Assembly (NCBI GenBank): GCA_034428715.1
Contig: DAOUHE010000022.1
Location: 15,290-79,289, forward strand
Direction: 5' to 3'
DNA from: Dehalococcoidia bacterium
Lineage (GTDB): Bacteria; Chloroflexota; Dehalococcoidia; Lucifugimonadales; UBA3495
Length of the DNA: 64,000 nt
The notes under the pieces are model-generated. The model was not told the origin of the DNA. It saw only the letters and a program-made list of their open reading frames with translations, and searched no databases. Shown here in pieces: positions 56,547 to 64,000 of the stretch (within the stretch, counting starts at the first letter, position 1; the number at the start of each line of letters is the position of its first letter). A program made the translations under genes and the position numbers.

Positions 56547-57165
56547 GTGTTATCTGATTGGCCTGTGGTTTTGGCCTGCGGCTTAGCGGCATATCTGCTG
56601 GGATCGATTCCCACCGCCTACATCGCGGTGCGGTTGGGCCAAGCCCGTGACATCCGCAGACTTGGCTCGGGCAACGTGGGGGCAACCAACGCCTTTAAGC
56701 AGGCCGGTGTTCTGCTGGGTAGTCTAGTGATGCTGGCCGACACTGGGAAGGGGGTGGTGGCCGTGCTGGCGCCCATGTGGGTGGGAGCGCCCCATTGGAC
56801 CATGTTCGTCACCACCACGTTAACTTTGGCCGGGCACAACTGGCCGGTGTTTTTAAACTTCAGGGGAGGTAAGGGCGTCGCCGTCATCCTGGGCGCATCG
56901 CTATCGCTGGTTCCGTGGCTAACCCTAGCCGCCCTGGCGCCGGCGGGCTTGGTCATCGCACGGGTCCGTAACGTCACCATCGGCTCCACACTGGGGATAG
57001 GTCTCTTGAACGTCCGCCACCGGACAGGCCGCGGACCGTATCGCTTTATGCCTCTTCCTCAGCTTCCTGGTTTCGGCCACCTATCTGGTGAGCATCCGCC
57101 ATCAAATACGGTCTGCCGCCAAGAGCCGCCGGTGGCAGGACCTTTTCCCAGACACCGATATCTAG
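56547..57165 (+). CDS. plsY: glycerol-3-phosphate acyltransferase PlsY (apparent frameshift near 57010)
   Basis: GTG start and PlsY motifs (GSIPTAY, GSGNVGATN, GGKGVA). After about residue 155 the printed frame becomes non-membrane-like and runs to 57230. The +1 frame encodes a TM helix plus SIRHQIRSAAK and stops at 57163-57165. Confidence 0.7.
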
Positions 57166-57302
57166 AACTCGCTTCCCGTGAAGGGCCCGCTTGTAACGCC
57201 GTGATTGTGGCGATACTAGACGTCCTCTAGAGTATAATTACCTTCAATCGGGTAAATGTTGCCCAGAGATTCTTCACTGATTTTTGATTGCGGACAGAGG
57301 TT

Positions 57303-59057
57303 ATGTTAGACCACGGAACTCTTGAGACCGGCAGGGTGGACGCCACCGAAGCTTTGCGCCATCGGATGCGCCATTCCGCTGCCCACGTGATGGCCGAGGC
57401 AGTTTTAAAGCTATTCCCGGAAGCCAAAATGGGTATAGGCCCGCCCATTCAGGACGGGTTTTACTACGATTTTGAAGTGTCGCGGCCCTTCACACCGGAA
57501 GACCTCGAACAGATCCAAACGTTGATGAAGGAGACCATCTCGACCGGCCATCCCTTTCAACGGGAAGAGATAGGGCGGGAAGACGCCTTGAAACTCTTCG
57601 GCGGCCAGCCATACAAGCTGGAACTCATCAACGGCCTGCCCGATGAGGCCACGCTTTCGATCTACCGGCACTCCGGCTTCGTGGACTTGTGCCAGGGGCC
57701 CCACGTGGACGGCACTGGGGACATTCCAGCGGTGAAATTGCTGACGGTGGCCGGCGCCTATTGGCGCGGCGACGAACACCGGCCCATGCTGCAACGCATC
57801 TATGGAACCGCCTTCGAGTCCCAGGAGGCCCTGGACGATCATCTGGCCCGGCTGGAAGAGGCGGAAAAACGGGACCACCGCACTCTGGGACGGCAGCTGG
57901 ACCTGTTCACCATCCACGACGAGATCGGCCCCGGTCTCATCGTCTGGCATCCCAAAGGAGGGCGGGTCCGAACCATCATCGAGGAATATTGGCGGGCGCT
58001 GCACTACCAGCATGGCTATGACATTGTCTACTCTCCCCACATCGGGCGTGGCAGGCTTTGGGAGACCAGCGGCCATCTGGAATTCTACCGGGAGGGCATG
58101 TATGCCCCGCTACAGGTGGACGAACAGGAATACTTCCTGAAGCCCATGAACTGCCCCTTCCATATCATGATCTACAAATCGGATCTGCGCAGCTACCGGG
58201 AGTTGCCCTTGCGGTTCGCCGAGTTGGGCACCGTCTACCGGTACGAGCGCAGCGGCACCCTTCACGGCCTGATGCGGGTGAGGGGGTTCACCCAAGACGA
58301 TGCCCACATCTTTTGCAGCCCCGGCCAGGTGGAGGCAGAGGTGGGCGGCGTGCTGGACATGACCTTTGAGCTTTTGAAGGCGTTCGGATTCAGCGATTAT
58401 TCCATCATGCTTTCCACCCGGCCGGAAAAGGCGGTGGGTGAGATAGACATGTGGGACCATGCCACCCGTTCGCTGGAATCGGCCCTGCGGGAGCGGGAGC
58501 TGCCATTTGAAATAGACGACGGCGGCGGGGCATTTTACGGACCCAAGATAGACATCATGATCACCGACGCCATTGGCCGAAAGTGGCAATGCACCACGGT
58601 GCAGTTCGACTTCAACCTGCCCGAACGGTTCGGCCTTACCTACCAGGACTCGGAAGGTGGCAGGACCCGGCCTTATATGGTCCACCGGGTTATCCTAGGT
58701 TCCATGGAGCGGTTCTTCGGCGTGCTGGTGGAACACTACGCCGGGGCGTTTCCCCTGTGGCTGGCGCCGGTGCAGGCCGTCATCATCCCCATCGCCGACC
58801 GGCACTTGGAGTATGCTGAAACGGTGCGCGCTCGGCTGGCAGCCCAGGACATCAGGGTAGAGGTAGACTCCCGCAGCGAGCGCATGAACCTAAAGATCCG
58901 CAACGCCCAACAGCAGAAGGTCCCCTACATGCTGGTGGTCGGCGACAAGGAAGCCGAAGCGGACGCGGTGGCGGTGCGCCTGCGCGACGAGACCACCTTG
59001 GGAGCAATGCCGGTGCAAGACTTGTTGAACATGATAACTGAGGAGCTAAAGGGTTAA
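57303..59057 (+). CDS. thrS: threonine--tRNA ligase (lacking the N-terminal TGS domain)
   Basis: ATG at 57303 after GAGG; 584 aa. Editing-domain HSAAHVMA, class II catalytic core and a C-terminal anticodon-binding domain. Begins about 20 residues before the editing domain. Confidence 0.9.
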   Translation: MLDHGTLETGRVDATEALRHRMRHSAAHVMAEAVLKLFPEAKMGIGPPIQDGFYYDFEVSRPFTPEDLEQIQTLMKETISTGHPFQREEIGREDALKLFGGQPYKLELINGLPDEATLSIYRHSGFVDLCQGPHVDGTGDIPAVKLLTVAGAYWRGDEHRPMLQRIYGTAFESQEALDDHLARLEEAEKRDHRTLGRQLDLFTIHDEIGPGLIVWHPKGGRVRTIIEEYWRALHYQHGYDIVYSPHIGRGRLWETSGHLEFYREGMYAPLQVDEQEYFLKPMNCPFHIMIYKSDLRSYRELPLRFAELGTVYRYERSGTLHGLMRVRGFTQDDAHIFCSPGQVEAEVGGVLDMTFELLKAFGFSDYSIMLSTRPEKAVGEIDMWDHATRSLESALRERELPFEIDDGGGAFYGPKIDIMITDAIGRKWQCTTVQFDFNLPERFGLTYQDSEGGRTRPYMVHRVILGSMERFFGVLVEHYAGAFPLWLAPVQAVIIPIADRHLEYAETVRARLAAQDIRVEVDSRSERMNLKIRNAQQQKVPYMLVVGDKEAEADAVAVRLRDETTLGAMPVQDLLNMITEELKG

Positions 59058-59262
59058 CAAGAACAGCCGGAAGCCAAACGATAGGACACCCAAATCTGCT
59101 CACCCTCAGCTTGGCGAAGGGCAAGCCTGGAACGGGAAGACGGTCGCAAATATCCGGAGCAACCGGCCTAATCAGAAGGCGATTGACGCGCTCAGAGCGG
59201 AGGATTACAGTCCTACCCAACCGAAATGGGAAATTAGAACCAGAAGGCCATAGGAGGAAGCA

Positions 59263-60147
59263 ATGGCAAGCGTGACACAACTAGGCTACGTAGGCGTCGG
59301 GGCGACAGACGTTGAGCAGTGGGAGCACTATGCCACCGACACCCTGGGGCTTCAGACCAACGGCCGGGAAAGCGACGGTTCCCTTTTCCTGCGGATGGAC
59401 GAGTATCAATACCGCATTGCCATCCACCCCAACGGAGCCGACGACATAGCTTACGTTGGGTGGCAGGTAACGAACGAAGCTAATCTCCGGGAAATGGCCG
59501 AGCAGCTGCGGAACGCCGGGGTAGAGGTCAGCTTCGGGACGCCGGACGAAACCAAAGCCCGGCGTGTCGAGGGGCTGATAAAGTTTGATGACCCCAACCA
59601 GGTGCCCACCGAGGTATATTACGGGCCGCCGATAAGTTTCGATAATCCTTTCAATTCCCCCCGGTCTGTTTCGGGCTTCGTCACCGGCGACCAGGGCCTG
59701 GGCCACGTGGTCTACCACGTCGATGACTCGGAAAAGACCATTCGTTTCTACCGCGATGTCCTGGGCATGCGGATCAGCGACTTTATCGGCAAGCTGGCTT
59801 TCTTCCACTGCAATCCCCGCCACCACTCCCTGGCCATCATTGAGACCAAGAACCCCAAGCATCTTAACCACATCATGCTCCAACTGAATTCCCTCAACGA
59901 CGTCGGATCCACCTACGACCTGGTTCAGGACCAGGGCATTGAGATCATCAGGGGAATGGGGCGCCACACCAATGACCACATGACCTCTTTTTATATGCGA
60001 ACGCCCTCGGGGTTCCACATCGAGTACGGTTGGGGCGCAAGGACGGTAGACGACGAAACCTGGCAGGTACAGCGCCACGAGAAAGGTAGCATCTGGGGGC
60101 ATCGGGCCCCTGCGGCACAAGCAGACACCGCGGGCGCCGGCCGTTAG
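59263..60147 (+). CDS. type I extradiol ring-cleavage dioxygenase (BphC / catechol 2,3-dioxygenase-like)
   Basis: 294 aa with an AGGAGGA SD. Two VOC modules, N-terminus VTQLGYVGVGATDVEQW, and C-terminal metal ligands in the HV..., H..., E context. Confidence 0.8.
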   Translation: MASVTQLGYVGVGATDVEQWEHYATDTLGLQTNGRESDGSLFLRMDEYQYRIAIHPNGADDIAYVGWQVTNEANLREMAEQLRNAGVEVSFGTPDETKARRVEGLIKFDDPNQVPTEVYYGPPISFDNPFNSPRSVSGFVTGDQGLGHVVYHVDDSEKTIRFYRDVLGMRISDFIGKLAFFHCNPRHHSLAIIETKNPKHLNHIMLQLNSLNDVGSTYDLVQDQGIEIIRGMGRHTNDHMTSFYMRTPSGFHIEYGWGARTVDDETWQVQRHEKGSIWGHRAPAAQADTAGAGR

Positions 60148-60266
60148 CGAACCGCGGCAACGCGCCGCCTGAACCCACGGTTTGCCGCCCTGCGGCCGGT
60201 TGCACGCACCCTTTGAGGACACCGGGCTGGGTGCGGTGTTTGTGAGCACGTTGTTGGTAGGTGGTC

Positions 60267-60410
60267 ATGTCGATCCCCGTGGCCTACCGTCACTTCGAGT
60301 GTGCCGAGAAGATGCGGGCTAAAAAAACCGTCCGGGTCCGCCTATGTGACGAGACCAACCTGAGAGCCATGCCGGTGCAAGACCTGATGGACCGGATCGC
60401 CTCAGAATAT
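60267..60410 (+). pseudogene. internally deleted remnant of a thrS 3' end (anticodon-binding domain)
   Basis: Translated SIPVAYRHFECAEKMRAK|KTVRVRLCDETNLRAMPVQDLMDRI parallels the intact ThrRS residues IPIADRHLEYAETVRAR...VAVRLRDETTLGAMPVQDLLNMI. The nucleotide core GACGAGACCA.C.TG.GAGC.ATGCCGGTGCAAGAC is shared. Confidence 0.55.
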
Positions 60411-60526
60411 TGTATAGACGGCAGACATGGTGGACGGCGCCGGCAGAACCAACCCGCCCAGCGCCGCGCGGCGAGCCGGTCAACAAGAGCCATTGGGAAA
60501 TCAGACACCGTTTATAGCAGGTCAAT

Positions 60527-61780
60527 TTGGCGCGAAATAATCCTGCCGGAGCATCCCTCCGGCTGCCGGACTCCCGTTTTCGGGCATTTGTAGACCCTTT
60601 CCGGTACTCCGATTTCCGCGTACTTTGGATTTCCACCATCTCGAATCAGTTGGGCCAGGGCATGCAACAAGTGGTGCTGGGCTGGCTGGTTTTTGACCTA
60701 ACCGGTTCGGTGGGCATGGTAGGGGTGATGTTCGCCATGCGGTCAGCGCCCAATCTGGTGATCGGGTTCATCGCCGGGCCAGTGACCGACAGGGTCGACC
60801 GGCGGCTGGTGATGAGGGCGTCGGTGTTAGGCATGCTGGCCGTCTCCGTGCTGGGAGCCCTTTATCTATACGTGGGATTTCTCGTCGTCTGGCCGATCAT
60901 GCTTGGGACCTTTCTGTTGGGGGTGTCCCAGGCTTTTTACATGACCTCCCGGCAGGTTTGCGCCTATGACATTGTGGGTAGCGATGCGGCGGTCAACGGC
61001 ATCGCGCTGATCTCCCTGGCGCAAAGGGTGGGCGGGATTTTTGGCGCGCTCCTGGCCGGCGCGTTGATCGATTGGTGGGGTGCTGCATCCACTTTCTTGG
61101 TTATGACCATCAGCTATGGGTTGGGGGCATTGGCCCTATTCTGGCTGCGGCGGGCCGGCCAGTCGGCGCCGGTGGAACGGGAGACCATATGGGACAACGT
61201 AGTGAATTATTTCCGGGCCCTGGGCGGCAACCGCATCATGGTATCTCTGATGGTGACCACGGCCGCAGTGGAGATGCTGGGTTTCTCCCACCAGGTCTTG
61301 CTGCCGGTCCTTGCCAAGGAAGTGTTGTCAGTAGGGGCTTCGGGGTTGGGAGTGCTGACCGCCTTCCGCTTTTTCGGAGGCGCTTTGGGTGTGGTGGTAA
61401 CCTCGTTCCTGGACCAGGTGCGGCGGCGCGGCGTCCTGCTGCTGACGGTCATCGCCCTATTCGGCGGCGGCGAGATCCTGCTGTCCCTTTCCACCACATT
61501 ATGGACCTCCCTTGTGTTCATCTCGCTGATAAACGTGATGGCCTCGGTAACCGACATACTCCACCAGAGCCTGTTGCAGCTAAGCGTACCCAACCAGCAA
61601 AGAGGCAGGGCCATGGGCTCCTGGATCGTGGGAATCGGCACCGCCCCTGTGGGCCAACTGCAGATCGGTTACCTATCGGGCCTAGCCAGCCCCAAGATAG
61701 CCCTGATAGTTAATGGGACGCTGCTTGCGGTCCTGGCGGTTACCATGGGAATCGTCATGCCTCGGCTGCGGCGACTTTAG
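60527..61780 (+). CDS. MFS transporter
   Basis: 417 aa with about 12 predicted TM helices. N-terminal FRVLWISTISNQLGQGMQQV is typical of the MFS enterobactin-exporter-like group. Confidence 0.8.
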   Translation: MARNNPAGASLRLPDSRFRAFVDPFRYSDFRVLWISTISNQLGQGMQQVVLGWLVFDLTGSVGMVGVMFAMRSAPNLVIGFIAGPVTDRVDRRLVMRASVLGMLAVSVLGALYLYVGFLVVWPIMLGTFLLGVSQAFYMTSRQVCAYDIVGSDAAVNGIALISLAQRVGGIFGALLAGALIDWWGAASTFLVMTISYGLGALALFWLRRAGQSAPVERETIWDNVVNYFRALGGNRIMVSLMVTTAAVEMLGFSHQVLLPVLAKEVLSVGASGLGVLTAFRFFGGALGVVVTSFLDQVRRRGVLLLTVIALFGGGEILLSLSTTLWTSLVFISLINVMASVTDILHQSLLQLSVPNQQRGRAMGSWIVGIGTAPVGQLQIGYLSGLASPKIALIVNGTLLAVLAVTMGIVMPRLRRL

Positions 61781-62110
61781 GTCAAAAAAGTTTTGCATGC
61801 AACTTTAGTCCGTCTTTTGGGTATTGGCGATCAGTTCAAAAGGCCAAGCACCCCCATCTTGTTTGCACCAGGAGCCGGAGGCGTTGAAAGTCATGGAGGA
61901 CCGGTCAAATCGTCTGAAGCTGGCCTATGAAACCATACAGAAGGCCCGCCAGGGTCGGTGAGGGGAAGCATCTGGTAAAATAACCCTGATCCCAAATCCC
62001 CCACACATATTGATGTGTTCAGCGATTGTGTAGTCTGGCAGACTTGCTGGGCGCCTGATTCGCGGAGCAGCCCGGCAAACCCCGCGCGGAGCGCTCGGAG
62101 GTGTTTCGAC

Positions 62111-63097
62111 ATGCGTATTTCATCACCAATAGGCGTGAAAACATGGGTGTGCGTAGGAATGCTCGCCTTAGCCATAGGTTGCGAAACATCTGCTACCCCG
62201 ACACCGATCATTGTAGAAAAGGAAGTAGTCAGAGAGGTGCCGGTGACAAGGGTAGTCGATGTCGAAAAGGTCGTCGAGGTACCTGTCACCGTGGTCGTTG
62301 AGAAAGAGGTGGCTGTTACTAGAGAGGTGCCTATTATTAGAGAGGTACCTGTCACCGCGTTCGTCGAGAGAGAAGTCGTTGTGACGAGAGTAGTGGAGGT
62401 TACTGCATCTCCAACCTTTACGCTGATTCCATCTAAAGCGACAGCAACCCCAGCAATGCCGCAAGGGCTTTTTTCTAAGACAATAGGCATCTATCGCTCA
62501 AACTCGTCGGCATTGGCGTATGGCTTTCGAGAAGGTATCGATGTAGACGCGATCGAGCCCGAAAGTTTCAGCAGTCTTTCTGCCATGTACCGTGGCGTAA
62601 TTTATATGCCTCCAACCGTAAGCTACGGTTATGGGACCGAGGCAATCGGTCAATTGACCCAACTAAGCCGATTTATTGAGGAGGGAGGAAGGGCGGTTAT
62701 ATTCATTGGAGATTGCAGGGATGAATTTGCGGACCGATTGCAGAACGAGTTTGGGTTTCGTTGTGCTTCCGCCGGCACAAAAATAGGGTGGGAGGCCTTG
62801 AAAGGCGAATGGCTGACTCCACTTTGGCAAGGGCTTTCTGTAGGCTCTGACACCGCGACAATCCAGCTCGTACCTGGGCCTTCGTCACAGTACGAATGCA
62901 GAACGTTGACTATGGGCGATTTGGAATTTTGTGGTAGTCTCACCGGACGCTTCGGCGACGGCGAGGTTATATTCGTGCTCGCTGGCCGCTATAAAGGACA
63001 GTACGCTCCATCTTACATGTTTGAAACTGATCATATAGACGAATATGACAATTTGCAAGCCTACATTAACACTCTCCGCTGGCTGGTCGAAGGATAA
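62111..63097 (+). CDS. lipoprotein of unknown function with N-terminal V/E-rich repeats
   Basis: ATG at 62111 after GGAGGTG. Lipobox LAIGC. About 90 residues of degenerate (E)KEVV-REVPVT repeats are followed by a globular domain with no family recognised. GC is visibly lower. Confidence 0.6.
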   Translation: MRISSPIGVKTWVCVGMLALAIGCETSATPTPIIVEKEVVREVPVTRVVDVEKVVEVPVTVVVEKEVAVTREVPIIREVPVTAFVEREVVVTRVVEVTASPTFTLIPSKATATPAMPQGLFSKTIGIYRSNSSALAYGFREGIDVDAIEPESFSSLSAMYRGVIYMPPTVSYGYGTEAIGQLTQLSRFIEEGGRAVIFIGDCRDEFADRLQNEFGFRCASAGTKIGWEALKGEWLTPLWQGLSVGSDTATIQLVPGPSSQYECRTLTMGDLEFCGSLTGRFGDGEVIFVLAGRYKGQYAPSYMFETDHIDEYDNLQAYINTLRWLVEG

Positions 63098-63687
63098 TTA
63101 AGGCATTCGTCCGACATACCAGCAGCCATAATGGATTATTGGCGGGATTCCTGCGACTTCGCTGTTGACCTCCAAGGATTTACAAGACTAAACCCCGCCT
63201 TCAACCGGTCCCGTTCTTCCAGAGAATCGCAGACCTTGGCTACCCGGATGGCGTGGCGTATATCTTTCGTTCCCGGACCGACCCGTTCGGCGACAGGCGC
63301 GGCAGGTCCCGGTCCTTGCCCAGCCAGCGGGTGATGAACCTCCTGAGAATAGCGATGCCCCGACTCCGAAGGCTTTAGGCAAGCTATTCGGCGCTGGTCT
63401 ACCCCTGGCTGAGCATCGTGTCCACCGAGCCTAGAAATCTGGCCGGAAACCCCGATTCTCCCCAAACCGTCGTTTTCATAACGTCGATTATCGATGAAAT
63501 AGCGGATGGTTCAACGTAATACATGTACTACTGTGCCGCATAAGACTGGAATACGTCTGATTGGCGTAGCGCAAAACCCGGCCAATGGCTTTCCGGCCAG
63601 ACTTCTAGGCCTTCCAGGGCCAGGCCATAGCCATTGTGCTGGGATACAATTCCAGCATCAGACCTAACATGACGGAAGGAGGCGACA

Positions 63688-64000
63688 ATGACCCCAAAGC
63701 CGGATTGCCGCATGTGCCTAGCCCCAGTCATTCAACAAAAGGGCTTGAGCACCCACGAAAGATCGCCGACCTGGAGGTATCCACCGCTGTCCTTCGCGAA
63801 AATTCCCAGTATTACCGGGGTTATACAATCTTATTCTTGCGCCACCATGCCGTAGAGCTTTGGGATTTGGACCCGGAAACCCGGCAGAAGTTCATGGGAG
63901 AAGCCAACCAGGTGGCTCAAGCTCTAGCCAAAACGTTTAAACCTCTCAAGATGAATTACGCTTTACTTGGCAACACCAACCCCACCACGGATTACCTTCA
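63688..64000 (+). CDS. HIT-like (histidine triad family) protein, partial at window edge, apparent frameshift
   Basis: ATG at 63688 after GGAAGGAGG gives MTPKPDCRMCLAP.... A HIT-like body (KIADLEVSTAVLRENSQYYRGYTILFLRHH..L.DL, NYALLGN) continues in another frame from about 63760. Truncated by the window end. Confidence 0.4.

Noticed and set aside
59281-60249. 322-aa minus-strand ORF antisense to the dioxygenase gene. Similar long antisense ORFs occur at 36742-37584, 40879-41754, 30439-31149, 31888-33036 and 8093-8752.
   Set aside because: These are typical GC-rich shadow ORFs opposite well-supported genes. They have low-complexity Arg/Gly/Pro-rich translations and no RBS.
61891-62490. 199-aa minus ORF rich in T/S/V
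   Set aside because: It is a mirror image of the V/E-repeat coding region of the plus-strand lipoprotein gene, so it is a repeat-induced artefact.

Overview
This is a gene-dense bacterial chromosomal segment, GC-rich by eye (roughly 55-60%, not computed), with about 60 protein genes on both strands. All calls come from reading the sequence and the ORF track and from recall of protein families; no searches were run. Most of the content is housekeeping or metabolic. It includes lutABC, bluB behind a cobalamin riboswitch, glycerate kinase, two tandem M20 amidohydrolases, a NifS-type cysteine desulfurase and an M50/CBS protease. It also includes speH-speB, a GldA/GldF/GldG-like ABC module plus a DUF4340-like gene, cinA, coaE, rimI, groES-groEL, selA and an acyl-CoA dehydrogenase. 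The remainder is an ECF sigma/anti-sigma pair, ribD-ribE-ribBA, prfB with its programmed +1 frameshift, plsY, thrS, an extradiol dioxygenase and an MFS transporter. The protein sequences suggest a Chloroflexota-like lineage (low-confidence inference). I recognised no rRNA, tRNA, CRISPR array, transposase or integrase. The best candidate for an undescribed system is a tightly coupled minus-strand operon (28.4-35.8 kb). It encodes coaE, a CbbQ/NorQ-type MoxR AAA+ ATPase, a CoA-pyrophosphatase-type Nudix and a 1101-aa CbbO/NorD-like VWA protein, followed by a DUF3352-like membrane protein, with no recognisable client enzyme nearby. Other notable signals: (1) a 9-copy 13-bp tandem repeat between an acyl-CoA dehydrogenase stop codon and an ECF sigma start; (2) a ~117-nt dispersed intergenic repeat family and a GC-rich palindromic element family; (3) two toxin-antitoxin-like pairs; (4) a 78-bp tandem duplication at the 5' end of an ABC-2 permease; (5) an internally deleted thrS 3' remnant flanking the dioxygenase gene; (6) several frame-disrupted genes in the right half (EndoQ-like, BNR propeller, plsY, HIT-like), which are either real decay or assembly indels.
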